Assembly (NCBI RefSeq): GCF_963921235.1
Contig: NC_086097.1
Coordinates: 243,042,001 to 243,106,000, forward strand
Direction: 5' to 3'
Source of the DNA: Mobula hypostoma
Taxonomy: Eukaryota
Length of the DNA: 64,000 nt
Part shown: positions 25,116-38,851 of the stretch, in pieces
Layout of the letters: every line of letters begins with the position of its first letter
Position numbering within the stretch: position 1 is the stretch's first letter
The notes under the pieces: model-generated
Database searches by the model: none
What the model was told of the DNA's origin: nothing
The model's input: only the letters and a program-made list of their open reading frames with translations
Translations under genes and position numbers: made by a program

Positions 25116-26363
25116 GACAATAGACAATAGGTGCAGGAGTAGGCCATTCGGCCCTTCGAGCCAGCACCGCCATTCACTGTGATCACGGCTGATCATCCAC
25201 AGTCAGTATCCAGTTCCTGCCTTATCCCCATAACCTTTGATTCCACTATCTTTAAGAGCTCTATCCATCTCTTTCTTGAAAGCATCCAGAGACTTGGCCT
25301 CCACAACCTTCTGGGGAAGAGCATTCCCTATATCCACCACTCTCTGGGTGAAAAAGTTTTTCCTCAACTCCGTTCTAAATGGCCTACCCCTTATTCTTAA
25401 ACTGTGGCCTCTGGTTCTGGACTCACCCATCAGCGGGAACATGCTTCCTGCCTGCAGCGTGTCCAATCCCTTAATAATCTTACATGTTTCAATAAGATCC
25501 CCTCTCAGCCTTCTAAATTCCAGAGTATACAAGCCCAGTCGCTCCAATCTTTCGACATATGTCAGTCCCGCCATCCCGGGAATTAACCTTGCGAACCTAC
25601 GCTGCACTCCCTCAAAAGCAAGAATGTCCTTCCTCAAATTTGGAGACCAAAACTGCATACAGTACTCCAGGTGTGGTCTCACCAGGGCCCTGTACAGCTG
25701 CAGAAGGACCTCTTTGCTCTTATACTCAATTCCCCTTGTTATGAAGGCCAGCATGCCATTAGCTTTCTTCACTGCCTGCTGTACTTGCATGCTTGCTTTC
25801 AGTGACTGATGTACAAGAACACCTAGATCTCGTTGTACTTCTCCTTTTCCTAACTTGACTCCACTTAGATAATAATCTGCCTTCCTGTTCTTACCACCAG
25901 AGTGGATAACCTCACATTTATCCACATTAAACTGCATCTGCCATGCATCTGCCCACTCACCCAGCCTGTCCAAGTCACCCTGCATTCTCATAACATCCTC
26001 CTCAAATTTCACACTGCCACCTAGCTTTGTGTCATTGGCAAATTTGCTAATGTTACTTTTAATTCCCTCATCTAAATCATTAATATATATTGTAAACAGC
26101 TGCAGTCCCAGCACTGAACCCTGCGGTACCCCACTGGTCACCGCCTGCCATTCCAAAAGGGACCCGTTAATTGCTACTCTTTGTTTTCTGTCAGCCAGCC
26201 AATTTTCAATCCATGTCAGTACTCTGCCCCCAATACCATGTGCCCTAATTTTGACCACTAATCTCCTATGTGGGACTTTATCAAAGGCTTTCTGAAAGTC
26301 CAGATACACTACATCCACTGGCTGTCCCTTGTCCATTTTCATAGTTACATCCTCAAAAAATTT
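25116..26363 (-). mobile_element. young 5'-truncated CR1 (open RT C-terminal half), inserted in an older plus-strand CR1 3' end
   Basis: ORF 25203-26387 YLDFQKAFDKVPH...GVPQGSVLG...KFANDTK; (CTATTGT)n tail; host CR1 at ~24975-25115 and ~26364-26510. Confidence 0.92.
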
Positions 26364-28251
26364 TAAGAGTAGGTTGGATAAGTACATGCATGGGAGAGTT
26401 AGAGGGGCTACAGTCTAGATGCAGATCAATGGAACTAGGCAGAACAACAGTTTATCATGAACCAGATGGGCTGAAGGGCCTGTTTCTGTGCTGTAGCTCT
26501 GTCTGACTCTGCTGCAGATTCCAGTTGCAAAGCAGTTTGATCCATGCACAGACTGTTCCATATTTTTTGGTTGGAACTTTGAGAAGAATTGTAGCCTTCA
26601 AACGATACGTAAACTGTCAGCCATGCATACATTGGCTGGTTGTTGGACTATATTTCCATGGGCCAGAACAACCACAAGACTGCAGCTGAATGCTCGCAAG
26701 CATTGACGATTGAGTGGCTGGAAGTCCAACTGTTTATGAGTCATGGAAATGGAGTTGTGAAGGTGAGATTGTTCAGCCCGTCAATAGGTGCCTATCACAG
26801 AAGACCTCTCTAGCCTCACAGATCTTAGTCCATTACAATACATTTTATGTGCACATATTTCAATGCAGATCTTCAAACACCAAGTGCCAGGTCCTTATTA
26901 ACCAACTAAAAGAATCCTCCTTAACTCTCCTTTCACACATGTATTATTTACTTAATTTCAAGCTCCCATGTCAGTGACGGAGATAAAAGAGTTGGTGATT
27001 GACTTCAGGGTGGTGCACATTCTCTGGTCTACATCAACTATGTTGAGGTTGAGAGCTTAAAGGTCCCAGGAGTGAACATCACCTGCTGAACAGCACCTAC
27101 CTTGGTCAAACCAGTTTCTTGACCAAGAAAGCTCACCACCGCCTCTAATTCCTCAGGAGGCTAAAGAAGTACAGCATATCTCCATCAACCCTTACAAACT
27201 TATATCAGAGCTCCATAACAATATTCTGTCTACAGCTTGTTATGGCAACTGCTCTGCCCATGACAGCAGGAAACTGCGGCGAGATATGTTGATCGTCCAT
27301 CAACAGAACAAGGTTAGGAAATTCACTATGCAACTCATAACTAATCGAAGCTCACACTTTATTGTCTCTGCACAAACAACAACATAATTATGTTGACCCC
27401 GGGCCGACAACTTAGAACACAAATTCTACTGTTCCCTTTGTACCAATACTCAGACCAATTTTTTAATTTATAACTCTGAAATAGGGGATCCCCATTGGCC
27501 AGATGATCGATCTTTTTCTCCCCCAGCCCCTGGCGTGGGGCTCCTTCCTTGCGATGGTCGGTCTCTTGAGAGAGTTATCAGTGATAGCACACTCGAAGGG
27601 TCCACTTTTGAACTCGTTCCTTACCAAGTCAAATATCGCATTCCAGTGTCATTGGCTGTAGGCCATGTGTCTGAGGTTTAACTCCTTTTTATTGGCTCTG
27701 CTCTTTTGTTAGCATCCATTTATTGTCCTTCCCAGCAAATAACAATTAGTAATTTATGGCTCTTTGTTCTCTTCAGTAACCAGCTTGAACCACTCCAGGC
27801 AGGCACCAACCCCAACATTCACAAACCTGCATGTTATATTATATCAAAGAACACCTCACAAATAACTTCTTCTTTGGAAATGATCTCCAGTCCCTCAGAT
27901 TACCTGAAGCAACATTGTGTGTACTTTAAAACACAGAAAGCTTAGCAACTTCATCTCACAAAATGGAGGACATAAAACAGTTCCACAAAATTGCAGCCTT
28001 CATCTCCAAGCGCATGGCAGGAACAAAGACAACTGATCTGCCTGCTTCCACTGTCCTCGACCCATTCAAATTTAACGTTTTCTTCCATATTTTATATCTA
28101 CCATGCCCAGCATCTTCCCCCTTTTGATCCACAGAAACCCCTGAGGATCACACTACTGCTTATACGTCTGAGTGAATATAGCACAAAAGGATCACCAGCA
28201 TTCATGGCCACATCAAATAATACAGGTAAATATTTTTAAAAATTTATCAGT

Positions 28252-28860
28252 TGTTACGTACCCCGTAACTGGGTTGCCAAACCAGCAGAAATGGACCACT
28301 AGTTGGAGTCTGGATTACTAGGAATTAATAAAGTTTTATTAAAGAAACAAGTAACACAGTACTCTAATCGTAAGGATATAAATGCAACAGGTTAGCAATG
28401 ATAATACACACGTGTACACAGAACTAGGGTAATAGGAATCAAACCAAGCTCTATCGCAGTCTAGGGGTAAAATGATCAGTTTTAAGTGACGCAGAGTTCA
28501 GTTCAGCTTAGTACAGTTCACAGTAATCACTGTTGTGCCGTTGGGGGGGCGGGAATGCAAATTTGATTCAGGCAGACCTTTGATGTTCTTCGCAGCTGGT
28601 TTCGGGCGGACCCTTTTATGTCTTCTATCCCGCTGTGGTCACCGACTGTGACCCCTCCATTTCGGATACGACAGTTCTTCCACAGTGAACCCGGCACCCA
28701 GGCAAGGGCGGACACACACACCAGGTTCCCACCGATCGTACCTTTACACCCTGTGAGTCTATGGTCGGTTCCCGTGAACCGGACCTCCAAATTCTCACCA
28801 ACTTGTGGGGGCACACCGCTCTTCCAGGGTCTTGTTATCTCGTGATCTCGTGGTGTGTCC
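28252..28860 (-). mobile_element. partial Gypsy-type LTR
   Basis: Minus strand ends ...tacgtaaca, like the LTRs at 38852 and 43185, with AATAAA upstream; other end not found. Confidence 0.55.
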
Positions 28861-30047
28861 CGAGCTTTTAAAACACAGCCTCTTAAAACAGCTTTTGCAC
28901 TCTCTCAGGCTCACACTCTCCCTCAAGCAAACTCACATGTGGCCACATTTTACAGAATTAAAACATACAAACTATTTACAATTTAAACCATTGCAGAAGA
29001 TCCCTTGCTCCTGAGGGTTAAACCTTTGCCAGAATATTCAGTTACAATCCAACAAAACTGAGGAAATGTGTTACTCCAAGACCTTAAAATAAAGAGATGC
29101 TTTAAACTACTCATCATTCAACATTCAACAAGTTTAAACCATGAAACAGCCACATTCAACCAAAATTCTGACATATTCAGACCTTTCTGTAGTGCCCCTC
29201 TCTAATCAGTGTTAGGATTCAGATTGAATGAACTTTTTACCGTACAGTCCCAGGCATAATGACCCACATTACGATAGCTAAAACAGCAGATATGAGTATT
29301 GTACTGGGATGGTTGCCCCCGACATATAGTATTCAAAGTGTGGGGATATATTTTTCTCAGTGGGCAATGAACTGTATGAAAGCCATGACAGAAGAACATT
29401 GGTTGGAAGTTTAACTTGCTCAAAAACAACTCTTTGATGGCTAGAATTTTCGGCTGCTGTGTTAGAAAGAACCCCCATAGCTCTACATAGTGAATATCTA
29501 TTTCACGCAAAGCAGACTCAATGGGCAAATGGCCTAATTCTGCTCCTATGTCTTATGGTCTTACCATATCTTAATATTTGAGCATTCAGAAATTAAAGTT
29601 CAAAAGTAAATTTATTATCAAAGTACATATATGCCACCATATACAACCCAAAGATTTATCTTCTAGAGGGCATACTCAATAGTTCCACAATAGAATAATA
29701 ACCATAACAGAATCATTAAAGGACAACAAACTGCAAATATAAAAAGAAAGAAATAATAATAATAAATAAATGAACAATAAATATTGAGAACATGAGATGA
29801 AGAGTCCTTGAAAGTGGTTCCATAGGTTTTGGGAACAGTTCAATTCTGGGGAAGGTAAAGTTGAGTTGAGTTATCTCCTTTGGTTTAAGAGCCTGATGGC
29901 TGAGGATTAATAACTGTTCCTGACCCTGATAGTGTGAGCCCTGTGGCTCCTGTACCTCCTTCTGATGGCAGCAGCGAGAAGAGAGCGTGTTCTGGGTCGT
30001 GGAAGTCCCTGATGATGGATGCTGCTTTTCTGCGACAACACATCTTC

Positions 30048-33000
30048 ATTTCATTTTTAAATCCTTTTATTAATTATTATTGAAAATCAACAACAAAAAT
30101 ACAAAGTAATCAAGTCAACATATCAATATGTACAATAAAACCATAAGACAAAGGAGCAGAAGTCGGCCATTCAGCCCATCGAGTCTGCTCCGCCACTTTA
30201 TCATGAGCTGATCCATTCTCCCATTTAGTTCCACTCCCCCGCCTTCTCACCATAACCTTTGACGCCCTGGCTACTCAGATACCTATCAATCTCTGCCTTA
30301 AATACACCCAATGACTTGGCCTCCACTGCCGCCCGTGGCAACAAATTCCATTAATTCACCACCCTCTGACTAAAAAAATTTCTTCGCATCTCTGTTCTGA
30401 ATGGGCGCCCTTCAATCCTTAAGTCATGCCTTCTCGTACTAGACTCCCCCATCATGGGAAACAACTTTGCCACATCCACGCTGTCCATGCCTTTCAACAT
30501 TCGAAATGTTTCTATGAGGACTCCCCTCATTCTTCTAAATTCCAAGGAATACAGTCCAAGAGCGGACGAACGTTCCTCATATGTTAACCCTCTCATTCCC
30601 GGAATCATTCTAGTGAATCTTCTCTGTACCCTCTCCAACGTCAGCACATCCTTTCTTAAATAAGGAGACCAAAACTGCCCACAGTACTCCAAGTGAGGTC
30701 TCACCAGTGCCTTATAGAGCCTCAACATCACATCCCTGCTCCTATACTCTATTCCTCTAGAAATGAATGCCAACATTGCACTCACCTTCTTCACCACCGA
30801 CTCAACCTGGAGATTAACCTTAAGGGTATCCCACACGAGGACTCCCAAGTCCCGTTGCATCTCAGAACTTTGAATTCTCTCCCCATTTAAATAATAGTCT
30901 GCCCGGTTATTTCTTCTGCCAAAGTGCATAACTATACACTTTCCAACATTGTATTTCATTTGCCACTTCTTTGCCCATTCTTCCAATCTATCCAAGTCTC
31001 TCTGCAGACTCTCTGTTTCCTCAGCACTACCGGCCCCCCCACCTATCTTTGTATCATCAGCAAACTTAGCCACAAAGCCATCTATTCCATAATCCAAATC
31101 GTTGATGTACAATGTAAAAAGAAGTGGCCCCAACACGGACCCCTGTGGAACACCATTGGTAACCGGCAGCCAACCAGAATAGGATCCCTTTATTCCCACT
31201 CTTTGTTTCAGGCCAATCAGCCAACGCTCTATCCGCCTATGTAACTTTCCTGTAATTCCATGGGCTCTTATCTTGTTAAGTAGCCTCATGTGTGGCACCT
31301 TGTCAAAGACCTTCTGAAAATCCAAATATACAACATCCACTGCATCGCCCTTGTCTAGCCTACTTGTAATTTCCCCAAAAAATTGTAATAGGTTTGTGAG
31401 GCAGGATTTTCCTTTAAGGAATCCATGCTGAGTTCTGCCTATCTTGTCATATGCCTCCAGGTACTCTGTAACCTCATCCTTGACAATCAACTCCAACAAA
31501 TTCCCAACCACGGATGTCAAGCTAACAGGTCTATAGTTTCCTTTTTGCTTCCTTGCCCCCTTCTTAAATAGCAGAGTGACATTTGCAATCTTCCAGTACT
31601 CCGGAACCGTGCCAAAATCTATCGGCTTTCGAAAGATCATCGCTAATGCCTCCGCAATCTCCACAGCTACTTCCTTCAGAACACGAGGGTGCATTCCATC
31701 TGGTCCAGGTGATTTATCTACCTTTAGACTATTCTGCTTCCTGAGTACTTTCTCTGTCGTAATTGTGACTGTGCACACTTCTCTTCCCTGCCACCCTTGA
31801 GTGTCCGGTATACTGCTGATGTCTTCCTCAGTGAAGACTGATGCAAAATATTCGTTCAGTTCTCACCTGTCTTTTACTCTTTATATACTTGAAAAAGCTT
31901 TTAGTACTCTCTTTGATATTATTTGCTAGCTTCCTTTCATAGTTAACCTTTTCCCTCTTAACGACCTTCTTAGTTTCCTTTTGTAAGCTTTTAAAACTTC
32001 CCAATCCTCTGTCTTTCCACTGATTTTTGCTTCCTTGTATGCCCTCTCCTTTGCTTTAACTTTGGCTTTGACTTCTCCTGTCAGCCACGGTTGCATCCTT
32101 TTTCCATTCGAAAATTTCTTCTTTTTTGGAATATACCTGTCTTGCACCTTCCTCACTTCTCGCATAAAATCCAGCCACTGCTGCTCTGCCATCCTTCCCG
32201 CCAGTCTCCCTTTCCAGTCAACTTTGGCCAGTTCCTCTCTCATGCCACTATAATTTCATTTACTCCACTGAAATACCGACACATCAGATTTTGGCTTCTC
32301 TTTTTCAAATTTCACAGTGAACTCAATTATGTTATGATCACTGCCTCCTAAGAGTTCCTTCACCTTGATCTCTCTAATCACCTCCAGTTCATTACACAAT
32401 ACCCAATCCAGTACAGCCGATCCCCTGGTGGGCTCAACAACAAGCTGTTCTAAAATGCCATCTCGCAGACATTCTACAAATTCTCTCTCTTGAGATCCAG
32501 TGCCGACCTGATTTTCCCAATCCACTCGCATGTTAAAATCCCCCACAATTATCATAACACTGCCCTTCTGACAAGCCTTTTCTATTTTCAGTTGTAATTT
32601 GTAGTCCACATCCCTGCAGCTGTTTGGAGGCCTGTATATAACTGGCATCAGGGTCCTTTTACCCCTGCGATTTCTTAGCTCAACCCATAAAGTTTCTGCA
32701 CCTTCCGATCCTATGTCACCTCTTTCTAATGATTTAACATCATTTCTTACCAATAAAGCCACACCTCCCCCTCTGCCTACCTTCCTATCCTTCCGATACA
32801 CCGTGTATCCTTGGACGTTCAGCTCCCAGAGATATGCATCCTTTAGCCAGGTTTCAGTGATGGCCACAATACCATACCTGTCAATCTGTAGCTGTACGAC
32901 AAGATCATCCACCTTATTCCTTATGCTGCGTGCATTTAAGCATAACACCTTAAGACCAGTATTTGGTACTTTTTGCTTTGATTTCACTGCAACTTTATTG

Positions 33001-35530
33001 CACTGCAACTCATCCCAATGGCACAGAAATTTGCCCCATCACCTGCCTGTCCTTCCTGACATCTTTACTGCTCACTATCTTAGATTTATTTCTGTTTTCC
33101 ACTTCCTCTGCTCTATCATTCCGGTTCCCATCCCCCTGCCAAATTAGTTTAAACCCTCCCTAACAGCTCTATTGAACCTTCCCACCAGGATATTGGCCCC
33201 CTTCAGGTTCAAGTGTAACCTGCCCATTTTGAACAGCTCATACTTCCCCCAGAAGAGATCCCAATTATCCAAGAATCTGAAGCCCTTCCCCCTGCACCAG
33301 TCTCTCAGCCACGCATTCATATGCCTGGTCCTACTATTTTTGCCCTCGCTAGCACGTGGCACAGGTAGCAATCCCAAGATTACTACCCTGGAGGTCCTGC
33401 TTCTCAGCTTCCTTCCTAACTCCTGGAAATCTCTTTTCAGGACCCCCTCCTTTGTCTTATCTATGTCATTGGTACCAACATGTACCAAGACAACTGGCTG
33501 CTTTCCCTCTCCCTTCAGAATATTCTGGACCCGATCTGAGACATCCCATATCCTGGCACCTGGAAGGCAACACTCACAGAATCTCCTTTCTGTTCCCCTG
33601 ACTATGGAATCCCCTATGACTACCGCATTCCTCTTCTCCCGCCTTCCCTCCAGCACAAAAGCGCCAGGCTCAGTGCCAGAGACCTGGTCACCGTGTGTGT
33701 CCCCTGTCAGGTCATCCCCCTCAACAATATCTAGAACAAGAATATTTGTTGCTGAGGGGGACAGCCACAATAAGAGTTAAACGATCAACCAAGCTAAACA
33801 ATATATCAATAGTAATAAGAAAAAACAAAATGTTAAAGCTATTTTTTTTGAAAGAAGAAAGAAGGAAAAAAGAGCCCCTACTAACTAAAACAAAAAAAAA
33901 CCTACTAACAAAAAACCCCCCGAAAAAAACCCATTTGGAGCACAAACCCGGAGCTATACGCCATACAAGCTTCTATTAAAAAAAGACATCAATCCGCCAA
34001 CCAAATCCATTTACCCAAGAATCAGAAGGGAACCATCTTAATTAACTCAATCAAATGATAGTAGCAGGGAAAAGAGCCCCACATTTTCTCAAAGTCAAAT
34101 CGAGGATCAAACATTCGACTTCTGATTTTCTCCAAACTAAGACATAGCATCACCTGAGAGAACCATTGTATCAAAGTGGGAGCAGAAGCATCTTTCCATT
34201 TTAACAAAATAGCCCTTCCAGCCAATAATGTGACAAATGCAATTACATATTGGTCTGATATAGAAATACCGTGAATATATTGAGGGATTATACCGAACAA
34301 AACTGTCAATTTATTAGGTTGTAAATTAATTTTTAAAGCTTTAGAAATTGTAGAAAAAATAGATTTCCAAAACTGTTTCAATACAGAACATGACCAAAAC
34401 ATATGTGTCAATGTAGCTGTCTCAGTTTTACATCTATCGCACTGACTATTAACATTAGGAAATATTTTAGACAGTCTCTCATTTGTCAAATAATAACGAT
34501 GTAAAATTTTAAATTGAATTAGGGAGTGACTGGCACAAATCGAAGAAGAGTTAACCAACTTCAAAATTCGCAACCAATCCTCTGTTATCAAGGTCATGTT
34601 AAGCTCTCTTTTCCAATCTTGTTTAATCTTAAGTAAAGGATAATTATCCTGTTGTAATAGTAAATTATACATTTTCCCAATGAAACCCTTCACTGAAGGA
34701 TTCATTTTTAAAATAATGTCTAATAGGTCAGAATCTTGTATATATGGAAAATTACTTAAATATTCTTGTAAGAAATGTCTGAACTGAAGATATTGCAAGA
34801 AGTGTGAGTATGAGAGAGAATAGTTAGTTACTAATTTCTCAAAGGACATCAATCGGCCTTCTTGAAACAGGTCCATGAAGGAATAAATTCCTTTATTCCC
34901 TCAAAGGGAAAAGGTAGGATTATTAAGTGAAGGTTTAAATAAATAGTTTCGCTAAATTAAACTAAAAAGGTTAAATTTTTTAAGATTAAAAAAATTATGA
35001 AACTGATATCAAATTCGTAATGATTGCTTAATCATAGGATATAAATTTAGAATAGAAATTTTGGCTAGTTGTACAGGTAAAGAGGCTCCTAATTATGAAG
35101 TTAAGTAAAATTGTTTCACAGCCTTCAATTCCAGATCAACCCATGGTGGTTGTTCATTATTGTCAGTCCAATATAACCAAGAACACGCATAACGTATATT
35201 AACCGCCCAATAATACATTCTTAAATTAGGCAGAGCAAGACCTCCATCTTTTTTTAATTTTTGTAAATGATATTTTCCAATTCTTGGTCTTTTATTATTC
35301 TAAACAAAAGATGAAATAATAGAATCAACCTGATCAAAAATCTTCTTAGTTAAAGAAAAGGAATATTTTGAAATACATATAAAAATTTTGTTAAAATCAT
35401 CTTTTAACTGCATGAATTCGAATGTCTAACGAAAGTGTAAGTGGATTCCATCTAGAAAATAATTGCTTCATAAAATCCACTAAGGGAACTAAATTAGCTC
35501 TATAAAGGTCTCCATAATTTTTAGTGATAA
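30048..35530 (-). mobile_element. L1-clade LINE 3' portion, split by CR1
   Basis: ORF 34022-34876 LIQFKILHRYY...CDRC...HMFWSC; GGLALPN motif near 35240; AT-rich 3' UTR at 30048-30140 and 33768-34020. Confidence 0.85.
30141..33767 (-). mobile_element. CR1 LINE (partial ORF1 esterase, disrupted ORF2)
   Basis: ORFs 33144-33770 (IGDSIVRG, HVGTND), 32256-33008 (APE), 31926-32243 and 30351-31778 (RT, KFADDTK); acaataa at both junctions. Confidence 0.93.
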
Positions 35531-35804
35531 CAACACTTCTTGTAGATGTACTCAATGGTGGGGGGGGAGGGCTTTACCGTAATGGACTGGGCCATATCCA
35601 CTACTTTTTGTAGGGTTTTCCACTCAAGCCCATCGATTGTTCTAGTGTACTGGAGCCAACTATGAGAGATCCCAAGATATTGAAGATAGTGCATGTTTTC
35701 CAGGGCCTTGAGGACATCTATTGTTGAGGAATGGTGTGGTGCAAGACGGGCAGGTTGGCAGATTGGCGTGCTTTTTGAATGTTTAGTATTATGGTCCGGT
35801 TCCT

Positions 35805-36392
35805 AAGGTTGTCATAGCCGGGGGTGGTAGTGGGTATAAGCTCCCACTACCTATAAAGTGCTCTAAATGGCATATGTCTCTAACAGCCAAGTCCAGCTCT
35901 TGGCCTTCATGTGTGGCTTAGCTACTAGGCCCAGCAGAACTGTTTCTACTGACAAGAGAAGGGGCAAAGGTGGACCACTGGCACCTCAAAACCAGTTGTT
36001 TTGGGCAGGTGGGGCTCATCAGCCTTGGATGGCAGCCCACCTAGGTGAAGGAAAACTCTGATTGTAAACCTCCGCTGCCTTGCTGCCATACCCATCCAGG
36101 GGAAAGGTTTTGGGAGTAAACTCCGAGGAAGAAATCCTGAGCTGGAGTCCGTAAGGCAGTTTAATGTTGTTTAAACTTCACTCTGGCAACCTCTACGACG
36201 ACACTGGTGCCAAGCTGTATTGGTGCTTGCCCTTCCCTTGGACTGCATCGGTGACATGGAGAGGGGAAAGTCGCAGCATGGGCAACAGCCAGTTCTTCAA
36301 ACCTTCCCGCCCAAGCTTGCATGCTGGAGAGGACACAGTGCACCATTGGCACAAAACCCATGATCCCCTGGGATTGGCAGCTGCCTACTACT
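35805..36392 (+). mobile_element. non-coding LINE-related repeat (possibly RTE-type)
   Basis: Shares cgacgacactggtgccaagctgtat...ggagagggga...cagcatgggcaac with the SINEs; ends in (TAC)n. Confidence 0.5.
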
Positions 36393-36879
36393 ATTATGGT
36401 CTATTTTCTTAAATGCTTCAGTGCACAAGTTGACACTAACCTGGAGTTCAGGCATCGTGTGTGTATACATAAAAACATGCATACCGAAACTTAATGACTA
36501 AGGTTGGCGTGACCTTGTTTCTGGAGGTTTCTGGCTGAACACTCTCCTGTTCTTCCTGGAGACTAATTACAACAATATAGAGGTAACAGTCCATTAATTC
36601 TGTTCTTCCAAAAGTTTTGTTTGAAGGAATAGAAACAGCAATTGTTTAAATAAATTAACAAATTCCAAAAGGTCCAGTAAGGAATTGGTATGATGTCTCA
36701 GTCCTGAAGTAGGCTAGTTATTTTGGGTTAGCAATTCCTCCCAGTCATCCCTCCCCCATCTAATTTTTTTTTTGTCTATTTCACCTCATGACAAAGGGTC
36801 TTTGAAATGAAATATTTTTTCTTTCCACAAATGCTGTCTGACTTAGTTGTGTTTTCCCAGCATTTTCTACTTTTACTTC

Positions 36880-37410
36880 AAAGTTTAAAGTAAATTGATT
36901 ATCCAAGTACATATATGTCACCATATACAACCCTGAGATTCATTTTTTTGCAGGCATACTCAATAGATCCATAATCGAATAATAACCATAATGGAATCAA
37001 TGAAAGTCTGCACTGACTTGGGTGGTCAACCGGTGTACAAAAGACAACAAATACAAAATAAATAAATAAATAAACAAACAATAAATATCGAGACCATGAG
37101 ATGAAGAGTCCTCGAAAGTGAGTCCATCGGTTGTGGAAGCATTTCAGTGATGGGACAACTAAGGCTGAGTGAAATTATCTCCTTTTGTTCAAGAGCCTGA
37201 TGGTTGAAGGGTAGTACCTGTTTCTAAACCTGCTGATGTGAGTCTTGAGACTCCTGTACCTTCTTCCTGATGGCAGCAGTGAGAAGAGAGCATGGCCTGG
37301 GTGGTGGGGATCTCTGATGATGGATGCTGCTTTCCTGTGACAGCGCTCCAGGTAGACGTGTCCAATGGTGGGCAATGGCTTTACCTGTAATGGACTGGAC
37401 CATATCTATG
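36880..37410 (-). mobile_element. Rex-Babar-like 3' fragment
   Basis: ORF 37175-37375 RKAASIIRDPHHPGHALFSLLPSGRRYRSL. Confidence 0.75.
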
Positions 37411-37534
37411 TGCTCTAAAGTCTTCCAGGTAGAGATAACTAATTGCCTTAGGGAATTCGCTTTCTCCTTGGTACATGACTTGTGTCATGAATATGGGCAG
37501 CTAAAATGTATGTAAAGCAATAAACATATTTTAA

Positions 37535-38062
37535 CATTTGGTGTGATGTTATTTTGAACCTGTGTAAGACTTTGTGAGGCCTAATTTGGAGTATGGCATT
37601 GTAGGTCTTCTACCTACAGTAAAGTTATCATTATGATTGAAAGAGTACAGAGAAAATTTGCAAGAATGTTGCCAGGACTTGAGGACCTGAGTTATGGGGA
37701 AAGGTTGAATAGGTTAGGATTTTATTCCCTAGAAGTCTGAGGGGAGAATTGATAGTGATAGGGTAAATGCAAGCAGGCTTTTTCCACTGAGGCTGGGTGA
37801 GATAAGAACTACAGGTCATGGGCTAAGGGTGAAGGGTAAAATGTTTAAGGGGAACATCTCCACTCAGAGGATGGTGTGAGTGCAGAATGAGCTGCCAGTG
37901 GAAGAGGTGGATGATGTTAGAGATTTTTGAGATAGGTACATGGATGGGAGGAGTATGGAGAGTTATGGTCCAGGTGTGGATTGATTGGACTAGGCGGAGT
38001 AACTATTTGACATGGTTTAGATGGGTGGAAGGGCCTGTTTTGGTGTGGTAATGCTCTATGAC
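37535..38062 (+). mobile_element. degraded CR1 3' fragment
   Basis: gaaagagtacagagaaaattt...ggtcatgggctaagggtgaagg plus 3' UTR. Confidence 0.75.
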
Positions 38063-38851
38063 ACCGAGTCCACTGATGGAAATAGCACAATGACACAAGA
38101 AAACAGGAGCCCAGTAGGTCACTAGGCCGACATCACCATTTGAAATAATCAGGATTGATCTATGTTGGCAAACTACAGAAGTGCTGCGGAAAGCATTTTG
38201 TCCAGTTGTATTACTGTCTGGTATGGAGGCACCAATGTATAGGATCAGGAAAAGCTACAGAGAGTTGTAGACTCCACCAGCTCCATCATGGGTATTAACC
38301 TCCCCTCCAATGAGTGTATCTTCAAATGGTGATGGGTCAGGAAGATGGCGCCCAACTTTAAGATCCCTCACCATCCAGGACATGCCCTTCTTTCATCATG
38401 GCTATCAGGGAGGAGGCACAGGAACTTGAAGACCCACACAGTGTTTTAGGAGCAACTTTTTCCCCGCGCCATCAGATTTCTGAACCCATGAGCACAACCT
38501 CACTTATCCTCACTATGAAAGGAAAAATGGATCAGCCATGATGAAATGGTGGAGCAGACTCAATGGGCTGAATGGCCTAATTCTTCTCCTCTATCTCATG
38601 GTCTTGTTCTGCTCTCTTTTTGAAATATCTATCTATGTAGTTATTTACTTTGTAATTTATAGTAATGTTTATGTATTGCACAATACTGCTGCAAAAAACC
38701 CCCAAATTTCTTAACATATGTCAGTGATTATAAACCTAATTCTGATTTGGTATTCTTATTCCTTTGGTTTTCCAAATTAAAAAGGTCTGACAGGAAATTG
38801 ATGGTTTAAAAAATAATTAAGATGGATTTTACTAGAAAGAACGAAGTCATT

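Larger units (their letters stand above)
29590..35630 (-). mobile_element. Rex-Babar-like 3' fragment split by L1
   Basis: 29590-30047 resumes at ~35531; caacac(a/t)tctt at both junctions. Confidence 0.7.

Noticed and set aside
35884..35958. HDV-like ribozyme in the RTE-like repeat
   Set aside because: CTCTTG/CAAGAG could form P2 and ACTGA resembles J4/2, but I could not build convincing P1, P1.1 and P3 helices; needs a descriptor search on the family consensus.
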